Positions 40,430 through 55,529 of a stretch of 64,000 bases of DNA are shown piece by piece. The notes beneath the pieces were generated by a model. The model was not told where the DNA came from. It worked only from the letters and a program-made list of their open reading frames with translations, and made no database searches. Source of the DNA: Octopus sinensis (taxonomy: Eukaryota); assembly GCF_006345805.1 (NCBI RefSeq), contig NC_042998.1, positions 10,912,001 through 10,976,000 on the forward strand, read 5' to 3'. Made by a program: the position numbers and the translations under genes. Numbering within the stretch: position 1 is the stretch's first letter; each line of letters begins with the position of its first letter.

Positions 40430-40962
40430 TATATATGCATACATACATATACATGCACACATATACATATATACATTACACATACACATACACACACACA
40501 CATATATATGATATAAGTACAGCACACAATTAGATATTATATATATACACACAAACATATGCTCGCGCACAAACATATGTGGGATACGGTGCATTAATCG
40601 AAAACACATTTCTTGTAATTCCATTCCTTGACAGTGTATTACCGAAAGAGAAAAATGATCGAAAATATATTATTCAACATCATATACACCGAAAGACAAA
40701 TACATAGAAAACACACAACTAAAACGAAACTGTGTGTTGATTTCTCTTCTAAACGTCTTCTTGTAATGTTAACAAGCGAACAAATCACTTTTACGAATGA
40801 AATACATTTTCGTGATTCTTTGTGCATGTCTGTCATTTTCACAGAAATTATATTCCAATATAGAAGTATAGTAACTTAATCTAAATAGATATTTTAATGA
40901 ACAGATTAAAATTTTATTAGTGCAAGAAGCCCTGCCCTTTTTTCAAATATAATATATCTTTT

Positions 40963-41387
40963 AAGCAATAATAAATCTCTGAACGAGATGTAAACAGTAA
41001 CCGCTCGACAACGTAAAGTATACTAGCCATCTCAATATGACTAACCACTAAGGGTAGGTGTTACTGTAGCTTTTAGCCCCAGGAAATCATCGTCTCCAGC
41101 TGGCTTTAGGTACACTTTCTGTGCCCTTATGATATTTGCAAAGGGAAGTCATCCCTCTCTCGTAAACCTAAGTGATATGCACGGACTGCAGTTTCGAGGT
41201 ATGTGCTTCCTGTCAACGTACGGCAATCACCGGTTTTCGATGAAGAGAGACCTGTTTGCAAATATCTATTTAATGTTTTTCCCAGTAACCACTGCCACTG
41301 ATTTCGAAAAACTGTCTGCAAGCAATAATAAATCTCTGAACGAGATGTAAATAGTAACCGCTCGACAACGTAAAGTATACTAGCCAT
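40963..41387. repeat. 68-bp direct repeat (40963-41030 and 41320-41387) spaced 357 bp
   Basis: aagcaataataaatctctgaacgag...tactagccat twice, one mismatch. Confidence 0.9.
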
Positions 41388-41407
41388 ATATCTTTTATTT
41401 TTATCTT

Positions 41408-41700
41408 TTCTGTTACTTGTTTCAACCATGAGGCTGCAGCCATACTGGAGCACCCGCCTTAAAGGAGTTTAGTCGGATAAATCGACTCTTTTCTCTTTTA
41501 CTTGTTTCAGTCATTTGACTGTGGCCATGCTGGAGCATCGCCTTTAGTCGAGCACATCGACCCCAGGACTTATTCTTTGGCAGCCTAGTACTTATTCTGT
41601 CGGTCTCTTTTGCCCAGCCGCTTAGTTTAGAGGGACGTAAACACACCAGCATCAGTTGTCAAGCGATGTTGAGGGGGACAAACACAGACACACAAACATA
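41408..41700 (-). mobile_element. SINE family A 3' half next to an older family A tail
   Basis: Two consecutive tail segments (ttacttgtttca..ggagca..cgcctt..atcgac). Confidence 0.8.
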
Positions 41701-41862
41701 CGTATGCATTCACAGACACAGACACAGACACAGACACACACACACACAACACACAGACATACACACACAGAAGTACATATATAATTCTTTATCTCTCTCT
41801 CTCTCTATATATATATATATACATATATATATTTATATATATTAATATATATATACATACAT

Positions 41863-42410
41863 GGTGGCTGCCCCCTCGTTATCGAGTATGGTCATTGCAC
41901 GAAGCTTAATCAATGTTGTTATCGTGCAATGCCTGTGCAAGGAGATTTTGTTTTAAAGTGAGGAAAGGCTGTGCACTGAGTCAATCCCACTCACTAAGCA
42001 ACAGCAGCTATAATCCGAATATCAATATCATCGGTAACCACTGAGCCGCAGGTTTTATGTCGGAGTTATCCCAGTTACCTGAGTTACCTTCTCCTAGAAG
42101 GATGCCCTAACAAAGGCTAGGTGTCCTTTACTCCCAATGGTTTAACCGCGCGATCGGGTATTCAGTCCGATTATTTCTATGTCTTCGCGCATGATACAGC
42201 CTTAAGACATTTATTGGATGGCTGTTGACCCTCATGTGTTCCTCCACCCTTTGACGGGTTTTGATTTTCATCCCGCAGGGTGTCCAATAAACACCCTCCT
42301 CATCAAGCGAGCTTGGTGGGGTTGCCGGTTTAGTTGCCGACGACCCGACCATGCAACAGGTTGTACTGGGTTACATGTTACCAGTAACACTCGAAAGTGA
42401 CCTGACATAA
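41863..42410 (+). mobile_element. Probable RTE-clade LINE-derived fragment
   Basis: GC-richer block resembling RTE UTR sequence (cccctcgttatcgagtatg.., aggatgccctaacaaaggctag, cgacgacccgacc); recognition only, no ORF. Confidence 0.4.
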
Positions 42411-42587
42411 TATATACATACATACATACATACATACATACATACATACATACATACATACATACAACATACATACATACATACATACATACAACATATA
42501 TACATACATACATACATACATACAACATATATACATACATACATATATACACACATTCATACACACACACACACACACACACACACA

Positions 42588-42652
<65 letters not shown>

Positions 42653-42689
42653 ATATACATACATACATATATACGTATGTATGCATATT

Positions 42690-42890
42690 CGTGACTGAGT
42701 TCCTTATTGTTTCCGTCTACCACATCCACACAGAAAGGTTTAGTCGGCCCGAGGCTATAGGAAAAGACACTTACTCAATTTATCGCGCAGTTAGACGGAA
42801 CTCGGAACCAAGTGGTTCAGTTTTCAGTTATTTTATTTACTATCAATAAAGAATTACAGAGATTTTTTGCGTTTTAACTCTGCGCCTATG
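42690..42890 (-). mobile_element. Degraded SINE family A 5' part
   Basis: ttccgtctaccac..ggcccgaggctatag..aagacactt..ctgcgcctat. Confidence 0.7.
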
Positions 42891-43031
42891 TCTTTGAAAA
42901 AATAGTTACACTCCGCTAAATATACCGATTGCTTTTAAAACCACATGCAGATACCCTCCCACGCACACACACTCATACACACACACACAACACACACACA
43001 CAACACACATACACAACACACACGTATATAT

Positions 43032-43121
<90 letters not shown>

Positions 43122-43653
43122 TATTTATGTATATATATACGTATATATATGCATACATACACACACACGCAAATGTGTGTGTTTGTGTGTGTATGTGTAT
43201 GTATTTCAGGACAATAGGTGAAGTTTAGTGCAAAAATACAGTGCTTTGAAAAGAATTTTCTTTGATCTAAATATATTTGTGTTTGAGTGTATTTGGAGAT
43301 GCACGTGTTTTTAGATATATATGTGTGGGTCTTATATTTCTTTTTATATGTTCTACTCAGAAATATTTTCCTGCTTTTCTTTTTTGTTCCTAAATATATT
43401 AACTAGTTTTCTAATATCATACCTACATATCTACTATAAACATGCGTTGCAGTAACAAGTTAAAAATAATGTTATGATAGTGCTGAATATATAAGCGCTT
43501 TCTCTAAGACATCTGTAACAAATCTCAACTGTGAAATCTGATTCTAGCTATCGACCATTAATAACACTGTTCCTATTTCAATGATGCGTTGGAGGAGGAA
43601 ATTTATTTCTTTATTATGATTATTATGTTTTCCCATTTATTTTCACCTTTATC

Positions 43654-43694
<41 letters not shown>

Positions 43695-44197
43695 TGGATT
43701 GCTATACAGTTTATTACATTCCATCCACAGCACACTTGACTATACAGAAACGTTATTAAAGTGGGCGGCGAACACACCATTTATGTGCTTCGAGATCCAA
43801 CTCCAAACCAAAACAAAAAAAAAAAAAGTGAATGTAAATAATGGACTGAACGAAAAGCGAATTTTAGCATTTCGATATGCAAAAAAGTTTTCTTTTTCAT
43901 CATGTTCAATTCGCCAGAATTCATTACTATTTGCCCCGTTGAAATGATTTATCGCTTTAAGCTACAGGTACTGAACATCATCAGCAGTTATTTCAAGGCA
44001 CCCTCTAGTGGAACTGGTGGAAACATTTCTGATTTCTTAGTTATTCATCCCAAGGGAGTTAAGGCTGAAATGTTTTTTTGAGATATTTGTTACCTTATCG
44101 TAAATCAGCCTCAGCTAATTCGCGCGACGCCGGCCGCGGCTAAATGAAATATTGTAGAGGCATGAAGAGACATATATGCAAAATGTATATACATATA

Positions 44198-44617
44198 GGC
44201 GCAGGAGTGGCTGTGTGGTAAGTAGCTTGCTAACCAACCACATGGTTCCGGGTTCAGTCCCACTGCGTGGCATCTTGGGCAAGTGTCTTCCGCTATAGCC
44301 CCGGGCCGACCAGTGCCTTGTGAGTGGATTCGGTAGACGGAAACTGAAAGAGGCCTGTCGTATATATGTATATATGAATATATATATATATGTGTATGTG
44401 TGTGTGTTTGTGTGTCTGTGTTTGTCCCCCTAGCATTGCTTGACAACCGATGCTGGTGTGTTTACGTCCCCGTCACTTAGCGGTTCGGCAAAAAAAAACC
44501 GATAGAATAAGTACTGGGCTTACAAAGAATAAGTCCCGGGGTCGATTTGCTCCACTAAAGGCGGTGCTCTAGCATGGCCGCAGTCAAATGACTGAAACAA
44601 GTAAAAGAGTAAAAGAG
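44198..44617 (+). mobile_element. SINE family A, full length
   Basis: ggcgcaggagtggctgtgtgg...gtaaaagagtaaaagag. Confidence 0.92.
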
Positions 44618-45113
44618 TATATATTACAGTTGTACTGTTAATTCAATAATTACGCATTTTTGCATTTTCCAGAATATATATATACACACATACACACACA
44701 TGCATATATACATACACATACACACACACGCTCTCTCACACACACACATAAATAATTGCTATTCAGTTGAATTAGGTACTTAAGTTGAAGCACCAAGTCA
44801 GTCGGTATTATCCGCACAGCACGAAGTAAGGTGAATAAATTCAAAATAAGCATCACCACTTGATGTCTTGTTGCTTATTTTGATTTTATATGTATGTATG
44901 TATGTATGTATGTACGTATGTACGTATGTATGTATGTATGTATGTATGTATGTATGTATGTATGTATGTATGTATAAGTTCAGCAAAATTTACATTCAGA
45001 TGAATATGGTACTTAAGTTAAAGGCACTAGAATTTTGTATGACATTATCCATATAAATTAAATGGGGGGGGGGGCTTACAATCAACATAAGCAACAAAGA
45101 TATCCAAGGTAGA

Positions 45114-45195
45114 GTAGTACAATTGTTTCATGCTACTTCATTTTATTAAACACCGTACTACATCAGTTTTAAAATGTTGAGCAATCTTCAGCCAC
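45114..45195 (-). ncRNA. Hammerhead-like motif with long helix-II insertion
   Basis: Minus strand gtgg-CTGAAGA-tTGCT...AGCAt-GAA-ACAATTGT-A-ctac. Confidence 0.45.
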
Positions 45196-45879
45196 ATATA
45201 GAATTTTTCAATTAAACTGAAAATGCACATTCTTATACATTTGCCAACATTACAAAGAGGGTTGATATGTAGAGAGAGAGGTTAATTTCATCATTAAGAT
45301 CTTAGTGGTAAAACCTAGAGATGGTGAATGCAGTAACAAGCAGTTATTGCAGTAATAAGCAATACTGATTTTTATAGGTGTTCTACCTTCACACATGCAA
45401 CGATCTTTTTCAACCATGCTGGCAGTTGAGTTCTGATACTTACAAGTGTACCAAATACTACTGGTATCACGTCTACTCTCTTCATTGACTACAACCTTCG
45501 TATTTCCCCTTTTAAATCGTCATAATTGTATTTTCTTCTTCTTTCGCATTGATCCTGTTGTCACCCGGGGCATGCTATGTCGATTATCCTTAAATCCTTA
45601 AAAATGTTTTAGCCCGAAGGCCGCGGCCATGCTGGGGCACCACATGATCTTTCTTTTTTATTCACCACAATAATGTCTGGTTTCCGATATCTGGTCAGGT
45701 GATCGCAATGGATCATTGTATCACACAGGATTTTGCAATTTTCATTTTCGTTGATTCCTTCCTGGGTTTGCTGACACTACGCCATTGCCCTTTGTAGGCC
45801 ATGATTTCTACAAAGGGACCTTTCATGCCACATTGTCAGGGCATCTTTTGCATTCGCGTTTTGCCAATTATTATTATTA

Positions 45880-46570
45880 AGACGGTGAACAGGCAGAATC
45901 GTTAACAAGCCGGGCGAAATGCTGCTAAGCATTTCGCCCGTCGCTACGTTCTGTGTTCAAATGCCGTCGAGCTCAACTTTGCCTACTTTCGAGGTCGATA
46001 AATTAAATACCAGTTGAACACTGGGGTCAATGTAATCGACTCATCCTGACTTCGACCAAGCTGCCCTTGTGGCAAAATTTTGAAATAATAATATTAAGAA
46101 TAATAATTATTATTTTTAAGGCGGCCAGCTGGCAGAATCGTTAGCACACCGGGCAAAATTCTTAGCGGCATTTCGTCCGTCTTAACGCTCTGAGTTCAAA
46201 TTCCGTCGAGGTTGACTTTGCCTTCCATGCTATCGGGGTCGATAAATTAAGTACTAGTGAAGCACTGGGGGTCGCTCTGGCCGACTGTCCCCCTCCCCCT
46301 ATAATAATAATTGTGCCTATAATAGAAAAAATCATCATCATGATCATCATGATCATCATCATTAGCACGCCGGGCCAAATGCGTAGACGTGTTTCGTCTG
46401 GCATTACGTTCTGAGTTCAAATTCCGCCGAGGTCGACTTTGCCTTTCATCCTTTCGGGGTCGATAAATTAAGTACCAGTTACGCACTGGGGTCGATGTAA
46501 TCGACTTAATCCGTTTGTCTGTCCTTGTTTGTCCCCTCTGTGTTTAGCCCCTTGTGGGTAGTAAAGAAAT
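45880..46570 (+). mobile_element. Cluster of three same-strand SINE family B copies (45880-46085, 46119-46325, 46359-46570)
   Basis: Repeated ctgagttcaaat..gtcgataaattaagtac; the last copy is best preserved and ends in (AAT)n. Confidence 0.85.
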
Positions 46571-46582
46571 AATAATAATAAT

Positions 46583-46643
<61 letters not shown>

Positions 46644-48169
46644 GTCATAAGTTTAGATATTTTTGGCAAATAGTCAGGTGGTTTGTTATTCGGGATTAAA
46701 AGAGGTCAAAAAGTCGAGTAAAAAGTTGGTCATCTATCAAAATGGTGACTGGTAATGACAAAGAAATACGCCCTGAGTGATTTTCAAACGGAAATACGGA
46801 ATATTAAAGCGTAAACAATGACAATAAAACCACTCCTGAAAGAATTTTAAGCTTAAATAATTACAGCGATACATGGAAGACACAGTGCCTCACTAATTGT
46901 TTCAGACATTAGTTCGAATGCAAAAAATAGTAGTGCTAAGTGTAAGGACAACACAGCCAACAATTGCATCCCATTTTTTGAAGCCGTTGTCGATCAGAAG
47001 GTGTGGTTCAAATTGAATCAGTTTAAGAAAAAGAAGAATTAAACGAAATATGTCACAAAAGATTGTATGCCTTTGCCCCCAAAATTAATCCAGGATAGGG
47101 ATTTTGCATGTGCACCCGACTAAATTGTTGGAAGAAATCTTGGCGAATGTATAGCAGGTTGTGAATTCCATTGACGGGTTTGGGCTTGCAGAAAATTACA
47201 CCTGGTATTTAAAACTGAGAATAAGGCAAGAAAATGCTCAGAAATACGCGGTTAATGATTAGAAATATTAGTTTCAAGCTTTGGCACAGTGCCAACGATT
47301 TCGGAGGAAGGGATAACACGATTCCACCGACTCCAGTGCTCAACTGGTACTTTTTTTATCGACCCAGAAAATCTGAAAAGTGGAATTTGAACTCAAAGCG
47401 TGAGGACGAGTGGAGTGTCACGAAGCATTTTACTTTGTCTGCTAACGATTCTGCCAGGAATCGTTAGCATGCCGGGCAAAATGGAATGAGATGTGACACT
47501 TGAGTTGTCGTCACCTTAGCGCCTCATGCAAACGATGTGAGACTGACATTATAATTGTTGTAGAAAGTGGACCGTTTGCCTTATAGATATAGAGAATAAA
47601 CAAGGGATGGTATGGCAGAATACCAATCCCCAGAGCATGATCGGCCACATTTCTGGAGATTATAGGGAAAGTTTATATCATGCCAGGTTTTGGAAACCAG
47701 TGGCCGAATACCACCCCTTCCTACCCTAAGAAGCAGTGACAGTAAGTAAGAAATAATACAACAGAATAACTGACAATTACAACAGTTTCTGTGGTTTAAT
47801 TCTATAGTAGCAACGTCGAGATCACCATTCTCGGATTTCAGCGAGATCCAGAGAATCATCCAAGTCTTCAGTACGAGGATCGATTGTTCCTACAACGTTA
47901 AGTATAATCCCGCAGTTGCGAGGCAATTATACCATAAGTAGAAAGAGAATTTAAACTAAGTTAACCTAACAGAGGAAAAGGTGTAAACCAAGTCAAACGT
48001 ATATACAACGCGAAAACAAAACAAAAAAAAGGAGAATGACAAAAGAAAATTTCCTGTCTTTCGACTACCGAATCACTGGCTTACAGACTATTAACGTAGC
48101 TATGGAGCGAAAAATGCTCCATAGCTTCTGCATTGCTCATAAGGGCGACAAGGTACAAAAATCGCTAAC

Positions 48170-48355
48170 CCGTAAGACAAAAGGCTCAACAGTATTTCGT
48201 TCGTCTCTACATTCCGAGTCCAACTTCCGCCAAGGTCGACTTTGTTTTTCATCATTTCAGGGTCGATAAAATAAGTAGCAGTTGAACACTGGTGTCGATG
48301 TAATCAACTTAGCCCTTTCCCAAAACCTGCTGTCCTTGTGCTAAAATTTGAAACC
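48170..48355 (+). mobile_element. Degraded SINE family B
   Basis: gtatttcgttcgtc..aggtcgactttg..gggtcgataaaataagtagcagttg. Confidence 0.7.
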
Positions 48356-49082
48356 ATCATTATCATTGTTATTGTTACATAATGTCATCATTGTTGGGAA
48401 AGATTGAGAAAGTTGCTTCTGTTATTTCCCTGCTACATAATGTCAGCATTGATATGTTCCATTCTCTGACAAACAAATGTAAATAAAAGAAAACATTTCA
48501 TGCGGTCGTTGACCTAACAGAATTTGTAGCCATATCACCCTCAAATAACCCATTAGTGTCAGAGGAGAAAAGCAAAGCAAACGCATATAGGATTATGAAA
48601 TCTTAGCGCTACATAAAACCTGTTATATCAAGCCTGTCCTCGGGCTAAACAAGAGAAACAACAACAAAGAAAAACAACCACTAATATCACAGCAAAAAAT
48701 TAAGACAACATTTACATTGCCGGGAACTTCAATTTATTTGAAGAAAAGTACTTTCTTTCTGAAAGTCTTCAAACCGGATGGAAACATTACTTTCAATTTC
48801 CAGTGACCATCGCCGACCTCTACACTCTGTATTAATATACAGATGAACGAATAATGATAAACGTCATGTAATTACAGTCTATTACAAAAGTTACACTTCC
48901 TCGATAGGCAATTAATAATTTACATCATTAAGCTTGCGAAATGTAATATGTCATTTGACCGCCACTGACGCCAAACGACCAGCTTTTACGTCATTGACCA
49001 ACAGAAATTGTATTCGCACTAAATTGAATTCTTACTCATGCCAAAAAAATTCAAAGGAGCTTTAGGCTTTCATCGCACATTC

Positions 49083-49117
<35 letters not shown>

Positions 49118-50117
49118 GTCTGTTTCTCTCTCACTTTCTCTGTTTCTCTGTTTCTCTGTCTGTCTGTCTCTCTCTCTCTGTCTCTCTCTCTCTCTTTAAG
49201 TATGACTCCTTTTACAGTCTTTCCTTTTCTCTTTCTGTCTCTACATTATTATATGTATAAATTTGTCGCACGTATGTCTCTTTTGCTATCTCTGTTTACA
49301 CACACGCATACAAACTTTATCACTTTTTCTTTCTCGCTCTCTATGCGTTGCGTGTGAGCATATATATAACTTATACTTACTTATTATATTATATATATAT
49401 ATATATATAATATATAGTATATATTATATTCTATATATATTCCCTCACTCCCCCTCTCCCTCTTTCCTCCTTCCTCCCCCCTCCTCCCTTCCTTCTTCCC
49501 TCCTCTCTCTCCCCCCTCCTCTCCTCTTCCCCCTCTCCTCCCCCCCTTCTCCCCCCTCTTCTCCTCCACTAACACCACACGACTTCACACATCACATCAT
49601 ATATGATGTGCCATACTAATACATACACCAACTAATACATACTAATACGTACTAATACATACTAATACATACTAATAAATACACTAACCCTATACATACA
49701 CACGTCCAGACCCCTCATACGCACTTATACTCTCTCATACACACACACACACACCCTTATACATACTAATACGTACTAATACATACTAATACTTACTAAT
49801 ACATACACCAACCCCATACATACGCACGTCCACACCAATCCTACGCACTAATACTCTCTCATACACACACACACCCTTATACATACTAATACATACACCA
49901 ACCCTATACATACACACGTCCAGACCCCTCCTACGCACTATTAGCTGGTCCTTCAAACCATATTATCAACCCTATTATCTCCCCTTATTTCGCTCTCGCG
50001 TCTCATGTTTGATCTTTGACCTCTGGCCGAAATCAGATCGCCATGTTGATTCGTTAGCTACTGCACGCATTTTTTTTCTCTCTTCTTTCTGTGTGTTTTT
50101 TTTCCTCTCTGTGTATA

Positions 50118-50153
50118 CTTTCTGTTGAAGAGCGTAGGCTCGAAACGTTAAAG
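50118..50153 (+). ncRNA. Minimal type I hammerhead-like motif, variant core (5' repeat)
   Basis: cttt-CTGTTGA-a-GAGC(gtag)GCTC-GAA-ACGT-T-aaag. Confidence 0.6.
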
Positions 50154-50826
50154 AATTGTTTTATTTATATTTCCTGAGCGCCATACTAAACAATTGTTCG
50201 TTTGTTTTCCACCTGCCTTCGTCTTTTGTCTATTTTCATAAAGCTTCCCGTTATATATTATGCGCTCACGTGGTCTCACTTTCATCCTATATTCTACCAA
50301 TACCACTATCAACACTTACCTCTACCTTGGATTTTCTTTACCTCTTGGATACTTACCATGGCTGCACCTCTCTTTCGCGGATCAAAGTGACTTTGCATTG
50401 ATGTGAAATCCTTAAAAAATATACCACGACGTCTACACATTTCTCACCTTGAACTTTCAACCTTGAACTTGTTCGCATAAACTGTCCCGTTTGTTGTATT
50501 TTTATTTTCTCTTATATTACCACTTTTTTTACATTCATTTCATGCTTTCCACATTTTCCTGCATTTTTGTTCTCCTTTTGTCTTTCTTCCCTCTCTGGAT
50601 GTCCAATACTCCGTTTCCTCTGCCTGCACCCCCTTTTTTTGCCTCCCCCTCTCTCTGCTTCCCTTCTTTCTTTCCCTTTCCGGTTGCCCCGTCTTTTCTG
50701 CCCCTATCGCTTACTTATCTAGTTTTTCATACGATTATTATTTTTGTTTTTTGAACGTTTGTTTTTTCCCCTTTTTTTTCTTTTTTTTTTTTTTTTTCGA
50801 ACGTTTTTTTTTCCCGCTATCCCATC

Positions 50827-53700
50827 ATGCCGGATCCTAGGTCCTACCTCCTCACCCTCCATCACCGTTTGAAGGATCATCTCCGTTCTCTTCCTGTATA
50901 TTGCCTTCAGCCGTCCGTTAATCTCTCTCTACTTCTTTTAAAAAAACCCCCGCTTCTCTAGCCATGTCTCTTTCCTAAGCCGCTGCCTACATCAACTCAT
51001 CCCTAAAGGTTTCCGCCTCCACTTCCACCCTGCTCTCCACTCGGATTCTTCCATCTTACCCATACTCCGCACCACATCTTACCGCCTTATGCGGGCCACC
51101 ATTCGCTCCAATCTCTCCAAACTACATGCCATCAACCGCCTTCTTCCTCCTGCTTTCTACACCTTTTCTCCTCTCTGCCGCCTCTCTATGCTCCAAACAC
51201 GCTACGCTTCATTATCCATTTGAATCAACTCTTCCATCAATTTCTTTCTGATACCAAACTTCGTAAACTCCAATCACTCTTCCATTCCACCCTACACGAC
51301 GCCACTACCCCAACTCCTCCACCACCCTTCTCCTCTCCCGATAGGCTCATCCACCCAACTAACCCCACGCCCCCTACAACCCCTTCTCCCCTCCCGATAG
51401 GCTCCATCCACCTACACCTAACCTACTGCCCCGCCCAACCACCCCCACCACCACTCCCCAATCCCTCCCCCTCAGACCTCCACGAGACCTACCTACCACC
51501 CCTCCTACTCTATTCCACCCACCCCTTCTCCACTTCCGTCTGTTGTTACCATTCCCCCCGATCTTCCCCTCTCTGCGGCCTGAACGCTCCGTCCTTGGTA
51601 GGGGTCTGCGTTTCATCCCCCTCACTCCATCCTGTAAGGAATTCCAGACGCGAGTTGATGTCCACAGCTTTGTGCGCCGTGTCCGGTGGGTGCGCATTAC
51701 CACGACTCGCCACCCACACCCAACGAAGAGGACTGCTTCACTGGCCTGGGCCGCCGACCATCCCCGTGGACGCCTGCCCCTGGCCAGATCCTAGCAGTGG
51801 ATCTTTTCGCGGGCGCTTGTCAGGCGTGCATTGGAGCGGTTCAACTTCTCCAGGCGCCAAAGCCGCCTCAACATCTCCCCGGCTGAGCTCTTGGCTCTCC
51901 GTTCCCTCCAACGGCGCGCTGACATTATCATAAACCGGCTGACAAGGGTGGAGCTGTGTGTGGTGTGGCGCGCGGAACTATAGGGCCGAGGCTTTCCGCC
52001 AACTCAATGACACTCCTTCTATTCCCCTCTGCCCTCTAACCCCACACGTAGCTACCAACAGACGGTATCCTCTACTGTCCACGACCTCATATCGTGCCTC
52101 CCGTCTCCCCCGCACCGCATCCAACCTAATTGTGCGAACCACGTACCCCCACCATTTACTTCCTCCCCAAAACCCACAAACCCAACAACCCTGGCCGCCC
52201 CATCGTCTCCGCCTGTAACTGCCCCACGGAGCTCATCTCTAAATACCTCGACCGTGTCCTTGCCCCCCTAGTGGCATCTCTTCCCTCCCACATCCACGAT
52301 ACCAACCATGCTCTCCGGCTTTTCAACTCTTTCTCCTTTCCTCCCGGCTCCTCCAAAATCCTTTTTACTATGGACATCCAAAGCCTCTATACTGTTATCC
52401 CTCAACACGAAGGACTGCAGGCCCTTCGACACTTTCTTGACCTCCGCTCTAACCCTGTACCTGACACCTCCACACTCATTCGTCTGGCCGAACTTGTCCT
52501 TACTCTGAATGCTTCTCGTTCGCGGGCGAGTTCTACCATCAGGTCTCGGGAGTGGCCATGGGAACGCGAATGGGCCCCAACTATGCGAACCTGTTCGTTG
52601 GCTATGTTGAGGCCCAAATATTCTCTAATTTCACTGGTCCCACTCCCGAACTATATGGTCGTTACATCGACGACATTATCGGTGCCACCTCACTCTCCCG
52701 CGAACATCTAGATTCCTTCCTCTCTTTCGTCCAATCTTTCCATCCAGCCCTCCACTTCACTTCCACTATCTCCAACACCTCTGTCTCCTTCCTCGACATT
52801 TCGGTTAGCATTCTTCACTCCACTCTTACCACCTCCATTCATACAAAACACAGACTCACACTCATACCTCAACTTCTATTCCTCCCACCCAGAACACACC
52901 AAGCTTTCCATCCCCTATTCCCAATCCCTCCGTCTACGTAGGCTCTGTAGTGACGACCATGACTTTGAGACTCAGTCTCAACGTATGGCTCACCACTTCA
53001 CCTACGTGGATACCCCCTCACCACTATCCACACCGCCCTTGCCAGAGCACGGTCCGTGGACCGTGTATCTGCTCTCTCTCCCCGAACCCGCCCTGTAGTC
53101 TCCCGCCTCCCTTTTCCCCTCACTTACCACCCCACGACCCTACGTCTCCAACGCACCATTCTTCGAGCTTTCCGTCATCTAAGTCCGACCCGTCCACTTC
53201 ACACCTCTTCCTAACCGACCCCTCCCCTCTTTCAAACGAGCCCACAACCTTCGAGACCTTTTGGTCCATAGCTCCTTCCCGACCCTACCTCCCAACCCGG
53301 CTCGTCCCCTGCTCCCGCCCACGTTGCCGCACTTGCCCTTACCCTCTCAACACCACCCGCCTCACTAGCACCCACCATCGACCCTATCCATCATCCACTC
53401 CTTCACCTGCACCTCCAGCAATATTATCTATTGCATCTCTTGCTCTCTCTGCAATTCCTTCTACATCGGACAAACGGGACGCCGCTTGGCTGACCGGTTC
53501 GCGGAACACCTTCGTGACATCCACCTGTGAACGACACACCGGTCCACGCCATTTCCGCTCCACCGGTCACTCCTTGCAACCCTATCTGTGTTCGGTTTTG
53601 TCCTTACACACAGGGCCATCCGGATTCCCGTTTGCGCCGTGAACAAGAATTAATCTTCTCTCTTCGCTCTTATACGCCATTTGGTCTCAACTCTCCCCCC
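50827..53700 (+). pseudogene. Frameshifted PLE ORF (reverse transcriptase + Zn-finger linker + GIY-YIG endonuclease)
   Basis: Across frames: SHVSFLSRCLHQLIPKGF, PADKGGAV, YFLPKTHKPNNPGRPIVSAC, LFTMDIQSLYT, AMGTRMGPNYANLFVG, RYIDD, CSRPRCRTCP (Neptune Cys motif), NIIYCISCSLCNSFYIGQTGRRLADRFAEHLRDI, RREQELIFSL. Confidence 0.92.
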
Positions 53701-54468
53701 CCTCACTCTCTACCCCCCTCCTCACCCATCCTCACCTATCCTTCCCCCCGACCCCTACTTCTTCAGTCCTTCATCCTTTCACCCTACTACTCCCCTTCCC
53801 TTCCCTCTTCCTTTTCTCCCTCCCTCCTTCCCTCTTCCCCTTCCCTCTGCTCCCTCACTCCCCCTCTCCCTCTTTCCTCCCCCTCACCCCCCTTCTCCCC
53901 CTCTTCTCCTCACTACACCACACGACTTCACACATCACATCATATATGATGTGCCATACTAATACATACACCAACTAATACATACTAATACGTACTAATA
54001 CATACTAATACATACTAATACATACACCAACCCTATACATACACACGTCCAGACCCTCTATACGCACTTATACTCTCTCATACACACACACAACACACAC
54101 ACTTATACATACTAATACGTACTAATACATACTAATACATACTAATACATACACCAACCCCATACATACGCACGTCCACACCAATCCTACGCACTAATAC
54201 TCTCTCATACACACACACACACACACACACACCCTTATACATACTAATACATACACCAACCCTATACATACACACGCCCAGACCCCTCCTACGCACTATT
54301 AGCTGGTCCTTCAACCATATTATCAACCCTATTATCTCCCCTTATTTCGCTCTCGCGTCTCATGTTTGATCTTTGACCTCTGGCCGAAATCAGATCGCCA
54401 TGTTGATTCGTTAGCTACTGCACGCATTTTTTTCTCTCCTTCTTCTGTGTTTTTTTTCTCTCTGTGTA

Positions 54469-54506
54469 TCTTTCTGTTGAAGAGCGTAGGCTCGAAACGT
54501 TAAAGA
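54469..54506 (+). ncRNA. Minimal type I hammerhead-like motif, variant core (3' repeat)
   Basis: tcttt-CTGTTGA-a-GAGC(gtag)GCTC-GAA-ACGT-T-aaaga. Confidence 0.6.
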
Positions 54507-54603
54507 CTTGTTTTATTTATATTTCCTGAGCGCCATACTAATACAATTGTTCGTTTGTTTTCCGCCTGCCTTCGTCTTTTGTCTATTTTCATAAAGCTTC
54601 CCG

Positions 54604-55130
<527 letters not shown>

Positions 55131-55529
55131 TTGGAGAGAAAGCGATGCACAAATATGTAAGCAAAAGCTGGCGAACATTTGAGATTATAAACGTATAAAT
55201 CAGTATTCAACACTATACATGCAGTTTATTAAAGGTAAACCTCCTTGAACGATAGCTCTATGTTTGCTGTTGCCGATTATTTATACGATTAAGTAGGAAA
55301 GTAGTGTAAAAAAATATAAGGAAAAACATTTGTGTACACACCGAAAAAAGTTTAGTCATCGAGTTATTATTTGTAGCAAGTCTTAGAATAAGATCTGTTC
55401 AATCGTCATGCAGAAATACATGAAAAATTCATGTCTTTGGTATCATATGTGTCACATATAAGGAAGGAAGTAATGCGGCTATCATTAATGAGTAATGAAG
55501 TGTTCTTTTTTCTTTCCTATCATTATATA

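Noticed and set aside
47580-47900. GC-richer block with a GTAAGT donor and short open frames
   Set aside because: No consistent acceptor-donor pair with an open frame; no recognisable product
49600-49945. Short repeated actaatacat units with spacers, superficially CRISPR-like
   Set aside because: Irregular minisatellite inside the PLE terminal repeat, duplicated at 53960-54300; eukaryotic context and no cas genes
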